From Microthyrium microscopicum (Eukaryota), in contig MU004243.1 in NCBI GenBank assembly GCA_010405405.1, positions 615,340 through 679,339 of the forward strand: DNA of 64,000 bases, in the 5' to 3' direction. Numbering within the stretch: the first letter of the stretch is position 1; each line of letters starts with the position of its first letter. Below, piece after piece: positions 60,901-64,000 of the stretch. A model generated the notes under the pieces. It worked only from the letters and a program-made list of their open reading frames with translations. It did not search any database and was not told where the DNA came from. The position numbers and the translations under genes are program-made.

Positions 60901-63900
60901 ATTCTTTTTACTCTTAAATTACTTTATACTCTTATTCTATTAGTTTTTACCCTAGTTTTTAAAAGATTATTACGTATTTCTTAATATATAAGACTTAAAT
61001 AAGTTATATCTTACTACTAGCCTTATACTTAGTTATTAGTCTTTATTACTCTTAAGTATATCTTATTAATAATTAAGAATATAAAGTCCTCTTATATAGG
61101 TATTATCTTATTATATTATTAGTAAAAGTTATTATTATCTAAATAGATTAAATAGTATAAGCACTATAAGCATAATCTTAATTATAATAACTATATAGTA
61201 ATCTAAGTTATAATTACGAACTTAAGAACTTCTAGTAAATAAAGTCTAAATAATTATTATTATTAATAAGATATTATATAATTATTAAGTTTCTAAAGTC
61301 TAAAGACTATTTACTCTATTTATAGATCTTACTTAAGAGCTAGCATTTTTCTTTATAGAAATACTAGTAGCCTCCTTAATAAAAGGAGTAACTACTATAG
61401 TCTTTTCTAATATTTTTAATCTCTTATATATTAAGTTAAAAGTTAGTATTAAAGATAGTCTATAACTAAGTTCTAAGATTAGCTATAATTCCCTACTAAA
61501 ACTAATAAGTATATATTAATAGCTTACTTTTACTAATCTTTAGTTAGTTAAAAGTATTAAACGATATAAAGAGATAGCTAGTTTTAATCTACGTTATATA
61601 TATCTATTTATAGAATAGAGTAGGAATATAGAGCTATAGCTTAGCTTAGTTAAAAAAGAAATTAAATAGCTTTATTTTTACTATACTAATATTAGTATAA
61701 AGCTTTATTATAAATTTATATAATTTACCTCTTTCTTAAAATATTTTTCTAAAGTCTATTATAATCTCTATTTCCTCTTTATCTTTAAAAATTAATTAGA
61801 AATGCTAAAGTTCTAGTTAGAGAACTTCTTTAATTTATAATAGATACTAAAATATAATTACGTAAATTAAGGATATTATAAGTTACTATCTAGCACTACT
61901 CTATATTCTTTCTAACTAAATTATACTTAGATTAATCTTTAACTAAGTAGTTAAAGTTATTTCTACGTTTTTTTAGAATAGTTAAAAAAGAATATTTAAC
62001 GTAATAGTTTAGGTTAACTATAGATTTTCACCTTATTAAGCTTATATTACTTAGTTAGTCTAGGTATATTAATATAATATTAGGATATTACCTTTCTTTG
62101 CTAAAGACTTTTTATATATTAGGATACTTTATTAGAATATACTAAATTTCTAATTTATTTATTAGCTACTTTAAGATAATAAGGGCTACTTCCCTAGTCT
62201 TATAGATATATATATAAGTATAATATTATAACTTATATTTTTTAAGCATAGCTATAACTTAAGCCTCTAACTTATTATAAGTATATAGTATCTAGTCCTT
62301 TATTATTAGCTTTATAGGCTTTTATAATCTAAGTAATAATTAAATCTAGAGTATTCTTCTATAGCTTATTAATAGTATAAGTTATATTAGGAAAGAATTT
62401 CTATAGAAATTTACTATATTTTTAAATTTATCTTTAAATATTAGCAACGATACTATAGTATTTAGTTATATTTACTCTTTATAACTAGCTAGAGTCAATT
62501 TTACTTATATATCTTATATATATAATCCTACTATATTAAGACTTTTAAGTAACTATTAAGAAAGCTATAGAATAACTATTATTAATATATTTAAATTTAT
62601 ATTAAAATAAGCTAAAGTAGCAATTTAATAATTTTCTATAAGTTTATTAGTAAGTTCTTCTTTAAGCTTGTTATTAGCTAAAGTAGTATTAATATTACTA
62701 ACGTTTCTTATAGTTTTAGGAGTTAAAATAAAGTATAGCTCCTAGAATCTATAATTATAGAAAAGTAATAATAGTTATAGGCAATAAAATTAATAAGTAA
62801 CCTCTTTATATAAACCTAATTAGCTAGTTAGGCTAATTATACTTAATAAATATAATAACCTACTATATTATTAATAATACTTATCTATAATCTAAGTTAA
62901 TATAGCTCTAAAAAAAGCTTAATAAGTAAAGTAAAAGTTATCCTAAGTCTCTAGTCTATAAGATACTCTTTTACTAGTAATACTACTATATTAGTCTTAA
63001 AATAACTAATATATTATACTACTCTATAACGCTACTAAAAAATTTATTTAATTATTATATTGTATAATATAAGAGATAGTAAACTATAATTAAATATAGA
63101 TATTATTTAGCTTACTACTTTAATTAAGACTAATAGTATTCTCTATAGGCTAAGTAAAAAAATTAAAGTTAAATATCTAGACCTACCTAACGCTAATATA
63201 CTTTAAATTACTTTATAACGTATAAAAAAGTTTTAATACTACTATTAGCTACTACTACTAGAAGTTAATAATATTAGAGAGTAGTAGTCTACTAAAGTTA
63301 TTAAAGATATAAAGGAAACTTTATAATTAAACTAACTTTAATACTGCTCTAATACTACTTTAAGTACTTATATTTAGATCTATTAATATAATTATTATAA
63401 AATTAATATAAATATTAAGTATATACCCTCTCTAAATATAGACTTATTACTATTAATTTAACGTTAAATCTAAGCTATAGTATAATTATCTATAGCTTAT
63501 AGCTTAACTAAGAATCTATATACTACCCTTAAAAATATACTTAGTCTTAATTTTAGTTTATAAGAATAATTATTAGTATTATTAGCTATATTAATATACC
63601 TAGCTACTTTAAAGCGCTTAAGATCTAGTAAGGTAAACCTAATTATAATTACTAGATAAACTATATCTTATAATATTACTAATATTTATTAGCTAATTAA
63701 TAAAGTAAGCTTTACTAATAATATATTACGTCTTTTCTAGGAATAAGAGATTTTAGATAGGATAAAAGTTAAAAATATAGTTATTCCTATTAAGTAATAG
63801 AGTAAGCTTTATAAAGAAATATAATTAAAGTCCTAATCTATACTTAAAAAGCCCTTTTCTAAGTTTATAGTTAGTAATTACTAATAAATATTCTATTTAT

Positions 63901-64000
63901 TAGCTAATATTATATTTAAACCTAGCTTATTATAGAAATATTCTAGATATATCTATCTAAAGAGTTATTCTAGGCATTATTTAGTAAAGAAACCTTAACT

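Larger units (their letters stand above)
53526..64000. mobile_element. RIP-degenerated LTR-retrotransposon / AT-rich block
   Basis: Abrupt AT richness, very high TpA, near absence of CpA/TpG with some CpG left, essentially no ORFs; LTR-like left border. Confidence 0.85.

Overview
Intron-containing fungal genomic DNA from a filamentous ascomycete (Pezizomycotina) with two compartments. Bases 1-53.4 kb are gene-rich. Conserved genes: 3' end of a 1-Cys peroxiredoxin, Ral2/Mds3-like Kelch-BTB, Mvp1 sorting nexin, PalH/Rim21 pH sensor and ApsB/Mto1. Accessory genes: secreted alpha/beta-hydrolase, SesA/HeLo-like + ubiquitin-like protein, CE1-type esterase homologue, bZIP-DUF3425 factor, OPT transporter, a divergent MFS/Zn2Cys6 pair, a lactonase-fold secreted protein, and a LysM / GPI-protein / subgroup-C chitinase trio. 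From ~53.5 kb to the end is an AT-rich, RIP-devastated LTR-retrotransposon block. Highlights: (1) a secreted muconate-cyclase-fold beta-propeller that lacks catalytic residues and carries large low-complexity loops ending in Kex2-type KR|Q sites; (2) a KDEL-terminated CE1 esterase homologue with Gly at the nucleophile Ser; (3) a killer-toxin-like chitinase module whose chitinase has an in-frame TAA and a frameshift; (4) a 63-aa LysM gene missed by the ORF track that is open only if the distal AG of a CAG-GAG acceptor is used. Gene models were spliced by hand and family calls come from remembered motifs, not database searches.
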